A DNA stretch of 64,000 nucleotides from Candidatus Eiseniibacteriota bacterium (GTDB lineage Bacteria > Eisenbacteria > RBG-16-71-46 > CAIMUX01 > VGJL01): NCBI GenBank assembly GCA_963792585.1, contig CAWBWI010000001.1, positions 1,408,001-1,472,000 of the forward strand, read 5' to 3'. The notes below the pieces were generated by a model. It worked only from the letters and a program-made list of their open reading frames with translations, was not told where the DNA came from and did not search any database. Each line of letters begins with the position of its first letter. The stretch's first letter is position 1. Shown piece after piece: positions 21,931 to 31,892 of this stretch. A program made the translations under genes and the position numbers.

Positions 21931-22626
21931 ATGCCTCGTTCCGATAGTCTGTCCATCTTCTTCCCCGCCTACAATGATTGGGGCACCATAGCCAGCATGG
22001 TCGTGCTCGCCCACAAGGTCGCCGCCGAACTGACCGACGACTTCGAGGTGATCGTCGTCAACGACGCCTCGCCCGACCACGTATCCGAGATCCTCGAGGA
22101 ACTCTCCCCCCGATTCCCGCGCTTACGCACCGTAACACACGAAACGAACCGTGGGTACGGCGGCGCCCTACGATCGGGTTTCGCCGCCTCCACGAAGGAT
22201 TACGTCTTCTACACTGACGGAGACGCCCAGTACGACGTCCGCGAACTCCGGCTCCTCTGGGCCGAACGGGACGGAATGGACCTCGTGAACGGATACAAGA
22301 TCCGGAGGTCCGACCCCTGGTACCGGGCGATCATCGGGCGAGTCTATCACCATTTCGTCCGCTTCTGGTTCCGGATCCCGATCCGGGATGTGGACTGCGA
22401 CTTCCGGCTGATCCGCCGCCCGATCCTCGATCGGATCACCCTGACCGAGAACAGCGGCCTGATCTGCGTCGAATTCCTGGCCAAGATCGCCGAGTCCGGT
22501 GTACGGATACGGGAGGTTCCCGTCCATCACTTCCACCGGATGCACGGGAGAAGTCAGTTCTTCAATTTCGCCCGCGTTGCCCGCGTTCTCCTCGGAATGA
22601 CGGGGCTGTGGTGGAGGATCCGGTGA
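21931..22626 (+). CDS. GT2 glycosyltransferase (DPM1/ArnC-like polyprenol-phosphate sugar synthase)
   Basis: FFPAYN, VVNDASPD, NRGYGGAL, YTDGDAQYD and DVDCDFRL motifs. Confidence 0.9.
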   Translation: MPRSDSLSIFFPAYNDWGTIASMVVLAHKVAAELTDDFEVIVVNDASPDHVSEILEELSPRFPRLRTVTHETNRGYGGALRSGFAASTKDYVFYTDGDAQYDVRELRLLWAERDGMDLVNGYKIRRSDPWYRAIIGRVYHHFVRFWFRIPIRDVDCDFRLIRRPILDRITLTENSGLICVEFLAKIAESGVRIREVPVHHFHRMHGRSQFFNFARVARVLLGMTGLWWRIR

Positions 22627-22652
22627 AGAAGGAAGTCCATCTGGGGGGACGC

Positions 22653-23660
22653 ATGCTTGACGCGACCGGCCTGGCAGCTCGCCTACCGCGGCCGCGACGT
22701 ACTCGTCACGGGAGGGCTCGGCTTCCTGGGATCGAACCTCTGCCGCGCGCTCCTCGAGCTGGGCGCCCGGGTGACGGTCGTCGACTCGCTCCTGCCGGAT
22801 TACGGCGGGAACCTCTGGAACGTCCACGACATCGCCGATCGGATCCATGTGAACATCGCCGACGTTCGGGACAACCACTCGATGCGTTACCTCGTCCGGG
22901 GGCGGGAGGTGATCTTCAACCTCGCCGGACAGGTCGAGCCACATCGACTCGATGCGCGACCCATACACGGACCTCGATATCAACTGCCGCAGCCAGCTCT
23001 CGATCCTCGAAGCCTGTCGAAACAACAATCGGGAGGTGAAGATCGTCTACGCCGGCACACGGCAGCAGTACGGAAAGCCGCTCTACCTGCCGGTGGACGA
23101 GAAGCACCTGATGCAGCCGATCGACGTCAACGGGATCAACAAGATGGCCGGCGAGTGGTACCACATCCTCTACGCGAACGTGTACGGGATCCGCGCGACG
23201 AGCCTGCGCCTGACGAACTCCTATGGACCGGGGATGCTCCTCAAGCACGGGCGGCAGGGGTTCATTCCCTGGTTCGTCCGCAAGGTCCTGCTCGACGAGC
23301 CGATCGAGGTCTTCGGGACCGGTGAGCAGAAGCGGGACATGAACTACGCGGACGACGTCGTGCGACGCCTTCCTCCTCGTCGGGGCGACCGATGCGACGA
23401 ACGGCGAGGTCTACAACCTCGGCGGCCGACGAGGTCGTCTCCCTCGAGACGTTCGTCGAAGACGTTGCTCGAGGTGGCCGGGAGCGGATCGTACCGGATC
23501 GTGCCCTTCCCCGAGGAGGGCAAGCGAATCGACATCGGCGACTACTACGGCAGCTATGAGAAGCTCCGCACGGCCGTCGGTTGGGAGCCTCGCATCGACC
23601 TCCGCGAGGGACTCCGCCGGACCGTCGACTACTACCGGGCCCATGCGGCGCACTACCTGA
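22653..23660 (+). CDS. NAD-dependent epimerase/dehydratase (frameshifted)
   Basis: VLVTGGLGFLGSNL, FNLAGQ, GINKMAGE, LRLTNSYGP and EGLRRTVDYY motifs, across ORFs 22657 and 22952. Confidence 0.88.
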
Positions 23661-23674
23661 ACGAGGACGAACGC

Positions 23675-24793
23675 GTGAATCCGGTCGTGCCGATCGTCGA
23701 CCTGACCGCCCAGTATCGCGAGATCCGGGGCGAGATCGACGCGGCGATCGCCCGCGTCGTCGAGCGGGGTTGGTTCATCCTCGGCGAGGAAGTCCGGGCT
23801 TTCGAAGAGGCATTCGCCCGCTACTGCGGGGTCGAGCACGCGGTCGGCGTCGGCTCGGGCACCGAGGCTCTCCACCTGGCCCTCGTCGCGCTGGGAGCGG
23901 GTCCCGGCAAGGAGGTCGTCACGGCCGTGAACACCGCCGTGCCGACGATCTCGGCGATCTCGTTCACGGGGGCGCTTCCGGTCCTCGTGGACGTCGATCG
24001 CGCCGACGGCGACGATCGACCCGGAGAGACTCGACGCGTCGATCACTCCGCGCACGGCCGCGGTCGTGCCCGTCGATCTCTACGGCCAGTGCGCCGACTA
24101 CGATGCGATCCGCGCGATCTGCTCCAAGCATGGTGTTCCCGTCCTCGCTGATGCGGCCCAGTCTCACGGCGCGCGCTACGGCGACGCGCTGTCGGGATCG
24201 CTTGACGGAGGCCACCGCATTCAGCTTCTACCCATCGAAGAACCTCGGCGCCTACGGCGACGCGGGGATGGTCACGACCGACGACGGGGTGATCGCCGGT
24301 GCGCCTGCGCCGCCTCCGCAACTACGGCGAGCGGGAGCGCTATCACCACAGCGAGATCGGCTTCAACTCGCGTCTCGACGAAATGCAGGCGGCGATCCTT
24401 CTGGCCAAGCTCCCCCACCTCGACGACTGGAACCAGCGACGCCGCGCATGGGCTGCGCGCTACGAGCGAGAGCTCGAGGGCCTGCCCATCGATTGGATTC
24501 GAGAGGCTCCCGGCCGCACCCACGTCCGGCATCTCTGCGTGGCCATCGTCGAGGGGCGGGACGCCTTCCGCGCCGGCCTCGCCGAACGGGGGATCCAGAC
24601 GCAGATTCACTACCCGATCCCGATCCATTTCCAGGAGGCCTACGCGTTCCTGGGCGGCCGCCGGGGGCAATTCCCCGTGGCCGAGTTCCTCGCCGACCGG
24701 ATCGTGAGTCTTCCCCTCTATCCGGAGCTGACCAGCGCGGCCCAGGACCGCGTGATCGAGGAGGTGCGCGCATGGTTGCTCAAGCCCGCCTGA
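23675..24793 (+). CDS. DegT/DnrJ/EryC1/StrS sugar aminotransferase (frameshifted)
   Basis: GSGTEALHLAL, PVDLYGQ, DAAQSHGA, FSFYPSKNLGAYGDAG, NSRLDEMQAA and SLPLYPEL motifs; GAGGA RBS before GTG 23675. Confidence 0.9.
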
Positions 24794-25149
24794 CGGCCTT
24801 TCTGATCCTGCTCGGTGCCATCTGCCTGACGGTGACCGGCGAGCTGTTCCTGAAGACCGGCATGAACCGAGTCGGGACCGTCGGCCTGAGCGGGCTGCTC
24901 CAGTCGGCGGGACGCGCGATCGGCACGCCCCAGATATGGATCGGTTTCATCTTCGCCTTCTCGGGGGCGATGCTCTGGCTCGTGGTCCTCTCGCGCGTTC
25001 CCCTTTCCTGGGCCTATCCGATGCTCTCGCTCGGCTACATCTTGGTCCTCTTCTTCTCCAGGGTGACTCTCGGGGAGCACGTCTCGCCGACACGCTGGCT
25101 CGGAACCGTGATCGTCATCGCCGGGGTCTGGCTGGTCTATCGGAGCTAG
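24772..25149 (+). CDS. EamA/SMR small transporter (ArnE/ArnF-like flippase subunit)
   Basis: Four TM segments; GELFLKTGM, LSRVPLSWAYPMLSLGY and GEHVSPTRWLG. Confidence 0.82.
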   Translation: MVAQARLTAFLILLGAICLTVTGELFLKTGMNRVGTVGLSGLLQSAGRAIGTPQIWIGFIFAFSGAMLWLVVLSRVPLSWAYPMLSLGYILVLFFSRVTLGEHVSPTRWLGTVIVIAGVWLVYRS

Positions 25150-25152
25150 GCG

Positions 25153-25878
25153 GTGGAACCCGAGGAATACCGGCGGACCGCGGACGCGGAAGATCACCAC
25201 TTCTGGTTCCGCGAGCTGCGGTGGATCTGGCAGGGGCTGCTCGGCCGGCCCGCGCCCGGAGAGACCTGGCGCATCCTCGATGCGGGCTGCGGAACAGGCG
25301 CGAACATGCGCGCGATCGAGAGCCGCCACACGGTGATCGGGATCGATCGCAGCCGACTCGCGCTCGACATCGCCTGCACGAAGGTGAAATCCCCCCTCGC
25401 GTGCGCATCGATCCTCGCGCTCCCGTTCCGACCCGGGAGCTTCGATGCCGCAATCTCCACCGACGTGATCTACCACCGGGATGTCGGTGATGACGTCGCC
25501 GCCCTACGCGAGATCCGAAGGGTCTTGAAACCGGGCGGACGCCTGGTGGTCAATGTGCCCGCATTCGATTCCCTGCGCTCGGCGCACGATCGGGCGGTCC
25601 ACACCGCGCGCCGATATCGTCGGGGTATGCTCCGTGAGCGGCTGGGCGCAGCCGGATTCGATCCGGTCCGCGCCGTCTACTGGAACTCGATCCTGCTCCT
25701 GCCCGCGATCGCGGCGCGCCTGATCCGACGGGGCGGAGAGGGGTCGGACATCCGTACCCCACCGGAGCCGGTCAACGCGATGCTCACGGCCGTCGGAAGG
25801 GTCGATGCGACCCTGGCGCTCGCGGGGCTCTTTCCCGCCGGCCTGTCGATCGCCGCGTTCGCCCGGAGGGCGGATTGA
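25153..25878 (+). CDS. Class I SAM-dependent methyltransferase
   Basis: EDHHFWF, ILDAGCGTG, LPF...FD, RVLKPGG, VPAF and HD motifs. Confidence 0.9.
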   Translation: MEPEEYRRTADAEDHHFWFRELRWIWQGLLGRPAPGETWRILDAGCGTGANMRAIESRHTVIGIDRSRLALDIACTKVKSPLACASILALPFRPGSFDAAISTDVIYHRDVGDDVAALREIRRVLKPGGRLVVNVPAFDSLRSAHDRAVHTARRYRRGMLRERLGAAGFDPVRAVYWNSILLLPAIAARLIRRGGEGSDIRTPPEPVNAMLTAVGRVDATLALAGLFPAGLSIAAFARRAD

Positions 25879-27479
25879 AGCGCTGGCGGCTGCTGGTCTG
25901 GGTGCTCGTCGCGATCGCGCTGCGCTTCGCATTCCTCGGCTCGGATGGACTCTGGCTGGACGAGGGGTACACCGCCTGGATCGCGCACCTCCGGCCCGAC
26001 GAGCGCGCCGCGGCGCTCGCCCACGATGACGCCCCGCCCCTGTACTACTCGATCCAGAGCAGGATCCTTCCCCACCTCCCGCCCGATGAGGCGTCGGTAC
26101 GCCTCGTTTCGGCGATTGCGGGCGCCGCCGGAGTCGCCTGGCTCGCGGTCTGCCCGCCCTACGCCCTGGCCGCAGAGGCGTCCGTCGCATTCCTCGCGAC
26201 CGGCACATACGGGATCTTCTATGCGCGGCAAGCGCGCTCGTACGCCCTGCTTCTGCTCTGGGAGCTCCTGCTGATCACCTCGGTCGCCCGATTCTTGGCG
26301 GGCGGTCGAAGATGGCTCGTCGGGGTCGTCGCGGCGGAAGTCCTCGCCCTCTATACCCACAACGTCTCCGTGACCCTGGTCGTCGGCGCGAATCTGGCGT
26401 GGCTCCTGTGCGGCCGCCGGGACCCGGGAAGGTGGTTCGCCGCGCAGGCTGCGGCGCTCCTCCTCTGGCTTCCCGGACTCCTCCGGGCCCTGCACCAGTT
26501 CTCTGCCCACGCGAGCATGAATACCTGGATCGCCGACTTCTGGGGGCGGACCCCACTCGCGCTCGCCCCCCTCCTGAGTCTCGGCGCGATGACGAGCGGC
26601 ACGAGGATCGCCTCCGCCGTGCAGGCGGGTCCGTGGGGTTACCGAGGAACCGGGGCTACAATCCTCACCGTTCTTGCACTCGTCACGGTCGCCATCCTGC
26701 TCGCCTCCGCCTTCCGCGCGCCGACCAGGCGTCCCGCGATCCTGGCTGCATGCTTCATGATCGGGCCGCTCACCTCGCTCACCATCCTCTCCGCGGCAAC
26801 CTCGCCGACCTACGTCCTCGGCAGAACTGACGCCATCGCCTACGCGGGCTTCATCCTCTGGTGCGCGATCGGGCTCGGCGCCCTCCCCAAACCGGCCCGG
26901 TGGGGCGCCGTGGGTGTGTTGGGCCTCCTGACCGCCCTCGCGTTGGCGACGGGCTTCCCGGTCGGATCGCATGCCCGCGACCACGATCGAACGATCGGCA
27001 ACGCCCTGCGCGCCCAAACCCGCCCCGGAGACTGGGTTTGCTTCGTGGGACTCTCGCGGCCCTCAATCGACTACTACCTCTCGGGCGGACGGCCCGGCGC
27101 GGAGGATCATGCGATGGTGAAGATCCACTACCCGGCGGTCTCGGGTCGAAATCCCGCAGGGGACATGCAGACGCCTGCCGATAGTCTGCCCGCGTGGGAG
27201 GCCGAGGCCTACCGCCTGCGGGAGCGATTCGAAGCGTCGCACGGAGGAGCGTTCGTCTATGTCGGGCCGATCACTCCCGGCGCGCGGAGCGACTGCACCG
27301 CCGAAGATCTTCCCTACCCCGGCAGCATGCTCGCCTATGCCATGAACGGCCTGCGTCCCCTCTCACCCATCACGCGGATGCGCGGCGATCGGGTCGGAGT
27401 CGACTGGATCGCCTTCAGGATCGATCGCGATCGGCTCATCCCGAGGGAGGAACTGGGAGACATCGAGGCGCGACCATGA
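25875..27479 (+). CDS. GT-C membrane glycosyltransferase (GT39/ArnT/PMT_2-like)
   Basis: LWLDE, PPLYY, SVRLVS, QARSYAL and ALYTH motifs; many TM segments. Confidence 0.8.
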   Translation: MKRWRLLVWVLVAIALRFAFLGSDGLWLDEGYTAWIAHLRPDERAAALAHDDAPPLYYSIQSRILPHLPPDEASVRLVSAIAGAAGVAWLAVCPPYALAAEASVAFLATGTYGIFYARQARSYALLLLWELLLITSVARFLAGGRRWLVGVVAAEVLALYTHNVSVTLVVGANLAWLLCGRRDPGRWFAAQAAALLLWLPGLLRALHQFSAHASMNTWIADFWGRTPLALAPLLSLGAMTSGTRIASAVQAGPWGYRGTGATILTVLALVTVAILLASAFRAPTRRPAILAACFMIGPLTSLTILSAATSPTYVLGRTDAIAYAGFILWCAIGLGALPKPARWGAVGVLGLLTALALATGFPVGSHARDHDRTIGNALRAQTRPGDWVCFVGLSRPSIDYYLSGGRPGAEDHAMVKIHYPAVSGRNPAGDMQTPADSLPAWEAEAYRLRERFEASHGGAFVYVGPITPGARSDCTAEDLPYPGSMLAYAMNGLRPLSPITRMRGDRVGVDWIAFRIDRDRLIPREELGDIEARP

Positions 27480-29389
27480 AGGCGCGCTCCGTCTGGATCC
27501 TGCTCGCCCTCGCGGCGGTCCTTCCCCATCTCGCAGCGCTCGGGAACGACTTCGTATTCGATGATCGCGGCGTCATCGTGCACAACGAGACGATCACGGG
27601 CTTCGACCTGCGTGGGATCTGGTCCAAACCCTATTGGCCGCAGTTCGCGAACACGAACCTCTACCGGCCTCTGACCAGCACGACCTTCGCGATCGACTGG
27701 AAGATCGGCGCTGGTCACGCCGACGTCTTCGTCGCGACCAATATCCTACTTCACCTGGCCACAACACTCGCCGCCTTCGCCCTCCTGCGCCGGATGATCC
27801 CCACCCGCCGCGGCATTGCCGTCGCCGCGGCGTTGATCTTCGCCGTCCACCCGATCCACGTGGAGGCGGTCGTAGGGATCGTCGGCCGGGCGGAGGTGCT
27901 GGCGGCGCTCTTCACTCTGCTCGGCTATCGGATCTGGCTCGACGCCGAGAGAGATCGCTCCACGGGGCGCACACTCCTCGCGGCGGGCCTCTGGTGCGCG
28001 GCGCTCCTTTCAAAGGAGAGCGCCCTGGCATTGCCGGTCATGCTCCTGGCCCACCGGATGGGCTTGTTCTCGCCGGCATCCGCAACCAGGCGATGGCGCG
28101 CGGTCGACATTGCATGGCCGGCGGTATTCGCCGGAGTGCTGATCCTCCGCGCAGCCGCGCTTGGAGGACTTGCCGCGCCGCGTGCTTCCAGAATCGACAA
28201 CCCTCTCGCCTTCGTGGGGCCGCTCCAGCGGGCGCTTGGGGCAGGCGGGGTCTTCGCGAGGCAGGGTCTCCAGATCCTGACCGGTCGGGGCTTCTCGGCG
28301 GACTATTCGTACGCGCAGGTGAATCCCGGGCCGACGCTCTACGCGCTCGGCGCCGTCTGCCTCATCCTGATCGCGGCCGCAACGGCATGGGCCCTCACGC
28401 GCGGCTGCCGGTACCCGGAAGGCTGGGGCGTCGCCTTCTTCATCTCCTTCTGGATCGCTACGAGCAACGTGTTGATGCCGATCGGGACGGTCCAGGCCGA
28501 TCGCCTGCTGTATCTACCCCTTCTGGGACTGGCGACCGCCATGGTGGCCCTGGTTTCACGTGTTCCCACCCGCTGGCGCCAAAGCCATGTCCTTCCCGTC
28601 ATCTTCGGAATCTGCATCCTGTCCTTCGCCGTCGCCTCCGCCCGCCGAACGTCCGACTGGAAGAGCGATCGAACCCTCTTCGAGTCGGCCCTTCGCGTGG
28701 CGCCCCGCAGCGTGAAGGTGCGATGCAATCTCTCCGCGGTGCTTCTCGCCGAGAAGAACCCGAACGCCGCGCGGCGCGTGCTGGGCCTCCTCGAGCCGAT
28801 CGCCGCCCGAGCGCGCGGTTTTGGCCCCTACCTGCACTGGCAGGGAAAAGCCTACCTCTTCCTCGGCGAATCCGAACGCGCACGCACGATCCTGCGCGAG
28901 TCCCTCGCGTCCCGCGCCGATTCGGCGGAGGTGCTCGTGGAGCTGGGCAACATCGCGATCGCCGAGGAAGACGGCTCGGAAGCCCTCGCCTGCTTCGACG
29001 CCGTTGCGCGCACGGGACGCCTGGACGAACACGCGCGGATCGGCCACGCTTCAGCCCTGGCGCTCCTCAGCCGATACGACGAAGCCGCGACCGCGTGGTT
29101 GCCGATCGTGGCCGCGCTGCCTGATTCGATCCCCGTGCGGTCGGCCTGCGCATGGAATCTCACCGAGGCGGGTCGTGTTGGGGAGGCCGCCGCCCTCGTT
29201 CGCGAAGGGCTCGCGCGACGTTCGGACCCAAGGCTCTGGACTGCGCTCGCGAGGGCCCTCATCGCCGGCGCCGGAACCCCGGCGGAGGCCCGCGATGCCG
29301 CCATCCGTGGCGGGTCGAGCGATGCCGATCTCATGAACGAAATCGATCGCGCGGTCCGGGGACTTCCGCCACTGGAATCCAAGGAATAG
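27476..29389 (+). CDS. TMTC-like membrane glycosyltransferase with C-terminal TPRs
   Basis: FVFDD, YRPL, FAVHPIHVEAVVGIVGRAE, LSKESA, ADRLLYLP and WKSDRTLF motifs, then TPRs; ATGA overlap with the upstream gene. Confidence 0.85.
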   Translation: MKARSVWILLALAAVLPHLAALGNDFVFDDRGVIVHNETITGFDLRGIWSKPYWPQFANTNLYRPLTSTTFAIDWKIGAGHADVFVATNILLHLATTLAAFALLRRMIPTRRGIAVAAALIFAVHPIHVEAVVGIVGRAEVLAALFTLLGYRIWLDAERDRSTGRTLLAAGLWCAALLSKESALALPVMLLAHRMGLFSPASATRRWRAVDIAWPAVFAGVLILRAAALGGLAAPRASRIDNPLAFVGPLQRALGAGGVFARQGLQILTGRGFSADYSYAQVNPGPTLYALGAVCLILIAAATAWALTRGCRYPEGWGVAFFISFWIATSNVLMPIGTVQADRLLYLPLLGLATAMVALVSRVPTRWRQSHVLPVIFGICILSFAVASARRTSDWKSDRTLFESALRVAPRSVKVRCNLSAVLLAEKNPNAARRVLGLLEPIAARARGFGPYLHWQGKAYLFLGESERARTILRESLASRADSAEVLVELGNIAIAEEDGSEALACFDAVARTGRLDEHARIGHASALALLSRYDEAATAWLPIVAALPDSIPVRSACAWNLTEAGRVGEAAALVREGLARRSDPRLWTALARALIAGAGTPAEARDAAIRGGSSDADLMNEIDRAVRGLPPLESKE

Positions 29390-29458
29390 AGGAAGCCGGA
29401 AAGGCCCATCAAGGCCCTCCCGGCTCCGCTCAAGGGTTAGCCAGAAGATCGGGTCGAC

Positions 29459-30460
29459 CTACCGGAACAGAGACTTGATGACGCCCCAAGAGTTGTTCTG
29501 CGTCGGCACCGGCCTGCAGTACCAGTAGATGTCCGCCGAGTCGGCAGCGGCGGTGCAACGGTGTCCGGCACCGGCCCAGGAGGGATTCGTGAACTCGTTG
29601 TTCGAGCCGGCAGCACTATAGCGATCGTAGCAATAGCTCTCGGTCGCGTTCGAACAGTAGCGCGTGTTCTCATCCTGGAACAGCGCGTAGCAACAGGCCC
29701 CACACACGATCCCGGCACACGTCGTGTTGTCGCCCGCATAGGTTCCCTGATAGACCCCGTTAGGGCTCTCACAGGTGGCGGAGTCCAGGTTCTCGACACA
29801 AGTCCCCCATGACGTACAGCACGCGCCGCGAGCCGGAGGAATCGGGCAGGTGTTCGAGCCGGCCACACCCCATCGGACCGTTCCGAATCGGTCGACCACG
29901 TCCTCTATGGCCTCGCCGCCGCCAACCCCACCATCATCCACGAATCTCGCATCGCCGAGGGTGGGGTAGGCACCTGTCCCGAAGGTCGAGTTGCCGTCTA
30001 CCCCGATGACTGCGAACCAGTAGAACGGCCAGAAGTGCTCCGTCACGGGAGGCGAAAAGGACACGAGACTCCCGCGGGCCGCGTCTGGAAATCCATTTTC
30101 AGGCAACTCCTGCGAGAAGTTGGCCCCGCAGTGATCGGAATCCACTACATAACCCTGTCCCAGTGGGAGATTCGTATCGATCCCGAACTGGATCGCCGTT
30201 ACGGCGGGCTCGGCGCTCGCGTCAAACGCCGCTATGAACCAGATCACCGCTTCTTGCGCCTCGAACTCCTTGTTTGATTGCGTGACCAGCCCTGCACAAT
30301 CCGCCGGAATGGTGCTAACGCAATAATCCGCACCGAGTGTGTAAATGATGGCGTTGTCCGTGTGAACGAGCAGGGCGCCATTGTCGTTCTTGCCCGCCGA
30401 CGCTGGAGCACTGCAGATCACCGAGACTGCAAGCGCCCCGAGCAACATCCTCTTTACCAT
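29459..30460 (-). CDS. Secreted protein with GACC Cys-rich repeats and C-terminal SWGVIKSLFR tail
   Basis: AGGAGG RBS; signal peptide; NGALLVHTD N-domain shared with 30744; two GACC units. Confidence 0.85.
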   Translation of the reverse strand: MVKRMLLGALAVSVICSAPASAGKNDNGALLVHTDNAIIYTLGADYCVSTIPADCAGLVTQSNKEFEAQEAVIWFIAAFDASAEPAVTAIQFGIDTNLPLGQGYVVDSDHCGANFSQELPENGFPDAARGSLVSFSPPVTEHFWPFYWFAVIGVDGNSTFGTGAYPTLGDARFVDDGGVGGGEAIEDVVDRFGTVRWGVAGSNTCPIPPARGACCTSWGTCVENLDSATCESPNGVYQGTYAGDNTTCAGIVCGACCYALFQDENTRYCSNATESYCYDRYSAAGSNNEFTNPSWAGAGHRCTAAADSADIYWYCRPVPTQNNSWGVIKSLFR

Positions 30461-30680
30461 GGAGATCCTCCTTCTTCCGGCAACCCACTGGCAGCGGCGA
30501 GAAAAGCCATTTCTGGACGATTTCCGCGCACAACCGCAGTGTCCGACTCGGCTACCCCTCGCTGCCGCGCCGGTTTCATACTCCTCGGCGGCAGTATCCG
30601 TCACCCGGGCGGACCCGTGCAACGGAAAAGTCGGCACTCCGCACTGCGTTCTTGATCGTCAAGTGGCCGGCCGGAGAACG

Positions 30681-30712
30681 AGAGAGCCCGCCCCTTGCGG
30701 GGCGGGCTCTCT
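30681..30712 (-). terminator. Intrinsic terminator-like hairpin
   Basis: Perfect 14-bp inverted repeat AGAGAGCCCGCCCC / GGGGCGGGCTCTCT with a GCAA loop on the minus strand, downstream of the 30744 gene. Confidence 0.75.
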
Positions 30713-30743
30713 GTCAGGATCCACCGAAAGTCTGGTTTAGAGA

Positions 30744-31892
30744 CTAGCGGTAGTTGGCCTTGATCTGACCCCACGTAGCGTTCCGCGTAGGAACGATCGG
30801 GCAGGGGTTCGTAGGCTCACACGTCGAGTTGTCACCCTGGTACTGACCGTTCTGGCCGATGCACTCCGTCTCCGTCATGACCTGGCAGTGGCCCTGGTCA
30901 TCGAGGCAGCAGGCACCAGTCGCGGTCGGCGGCGGGCAGACGACCGTCTCGCACGTGGTGCCGGCACCCTGGGGGGCGCCGCCCTGCGCGGTGCAGTCGG
31001 CTGTCAGGATGAACTCGCAGTGGCCGTCCTGGAAGCAGCACGCCTCAGGAACAGGCGGGACGAAGCACAGGTTCGGGTCGCAGTCGCTCCCCGGGCCCTG
31101 CGCGGTACCACCGGCAAGCGCGCACTCCGTCGGGAGCACGAACGTGCAGGCGCCGCCCTCGAAGCAGCATGCCTCAGGCTGCTCGCACGGATTCGGATCG
31201 CAGACCGTGCCGTCGCCAAGGTACTGCCCCTGGCACGCACTCCGCGGGACCAACTGGCAGCTTCCATCCGGATAGCAGCAGGCACCCACAAGGGGTACCC
31301 CACCCGGGAAGTCGTTGTCACCCGTCCCGTCCCACCGGAGCGTACCGAAGTGGGTACAGAGGTCCTCGATGCCGGGGCTCGAGTCGTCAACGAACTTCGC
31401 CTCGTTGGTGCTCGGATAGGACCGAGTTCCGAAGTAAGCCGTTTCATCATCACGGGCCACAGCGAACCAGTAGATTGCATTGATGTGTTGGTTAATCGGG
31501 CCCGGGTAGGCAAGCACGGCGCCAAACCCGGTCTCCGGCCAACCGGTGTCATAAATCTCGAGGGGTCCATCACACGCCGCATAATCGGTGACGTATCCCA
31601 CGGGCAGGTTGTGTCGGATTCCAAACTGCACTGCGGTGACGCTTGGGCTCGCCTCTGGCAAGAAATACCAGAGTACCCAGATCATCTGCTCGCGGGCGAT
31701 TCCCTCGGTACCATTGGCATTGAAGCCAGTGCTATCCGTAGGCATCGCCGTTGCGCAGTAGTCCGCACCCAACGGCGTGTAGATCACGGCATCGTCGGTG
31801 TGAACGAGCAGGGCGCCATTCGCGTTGCGTCCCGCCGTCGCCGGGCTACAGATCAGGGCCAGAATGCCCAGCGCCAGTAGAAGTTTCTTCAT
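30744..31892 (-). CDS. Secreted protein with four (G/E)ACC Cys-rich repeats and C-terminal TWGQIKANYR tail
   Basis: GGAGG RBS; signal peptide MKKLLLALGILALICSPATA; repeats ACC..dG.C......C...GG..QG....C....C. Confidence 0.9.
   Translation of the reverse strand: MKKLLLALGILALICSPATAGRNANGALLVHTDDAVIYTPLGADYCATAMPTDSTGFNANGTEGIAREQMIWVLWYFLPEASPSVTAVQFGIRHNLPVGYVTDYAACDGPLEIYDTGWPETGFGAVLAYPGPINQHINAIYWFAVARDDETAYFGTRSYPSTNEAKFVDDSSPGIEDLCTHFGTLRWDGTGDNDFPGGVPLVGACCYPDGSCQLVPRSACQGQYLGDGTVCDPNPCEQPEACCFEGGACTFVLPTECALAGGTAQGPGSDCDPNLCFVPPVPEACCFQDGHCEFILTADCTAQGGAPQGAGTTCETVVCPPPTATGACCLDDQGHCQVMTETECIGQNGQYQGDNSTCEPTNPCPIVPTRNATWGQIKANYR

Noticed and set aside
30790..31300. CRISPR array or DGR-like repeats
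   Set aside because: The repeats are degenerate protein-coding Cys units. There are no identical DNA repeats with spacers, and no cas or reverse transcriptase gene in the window.
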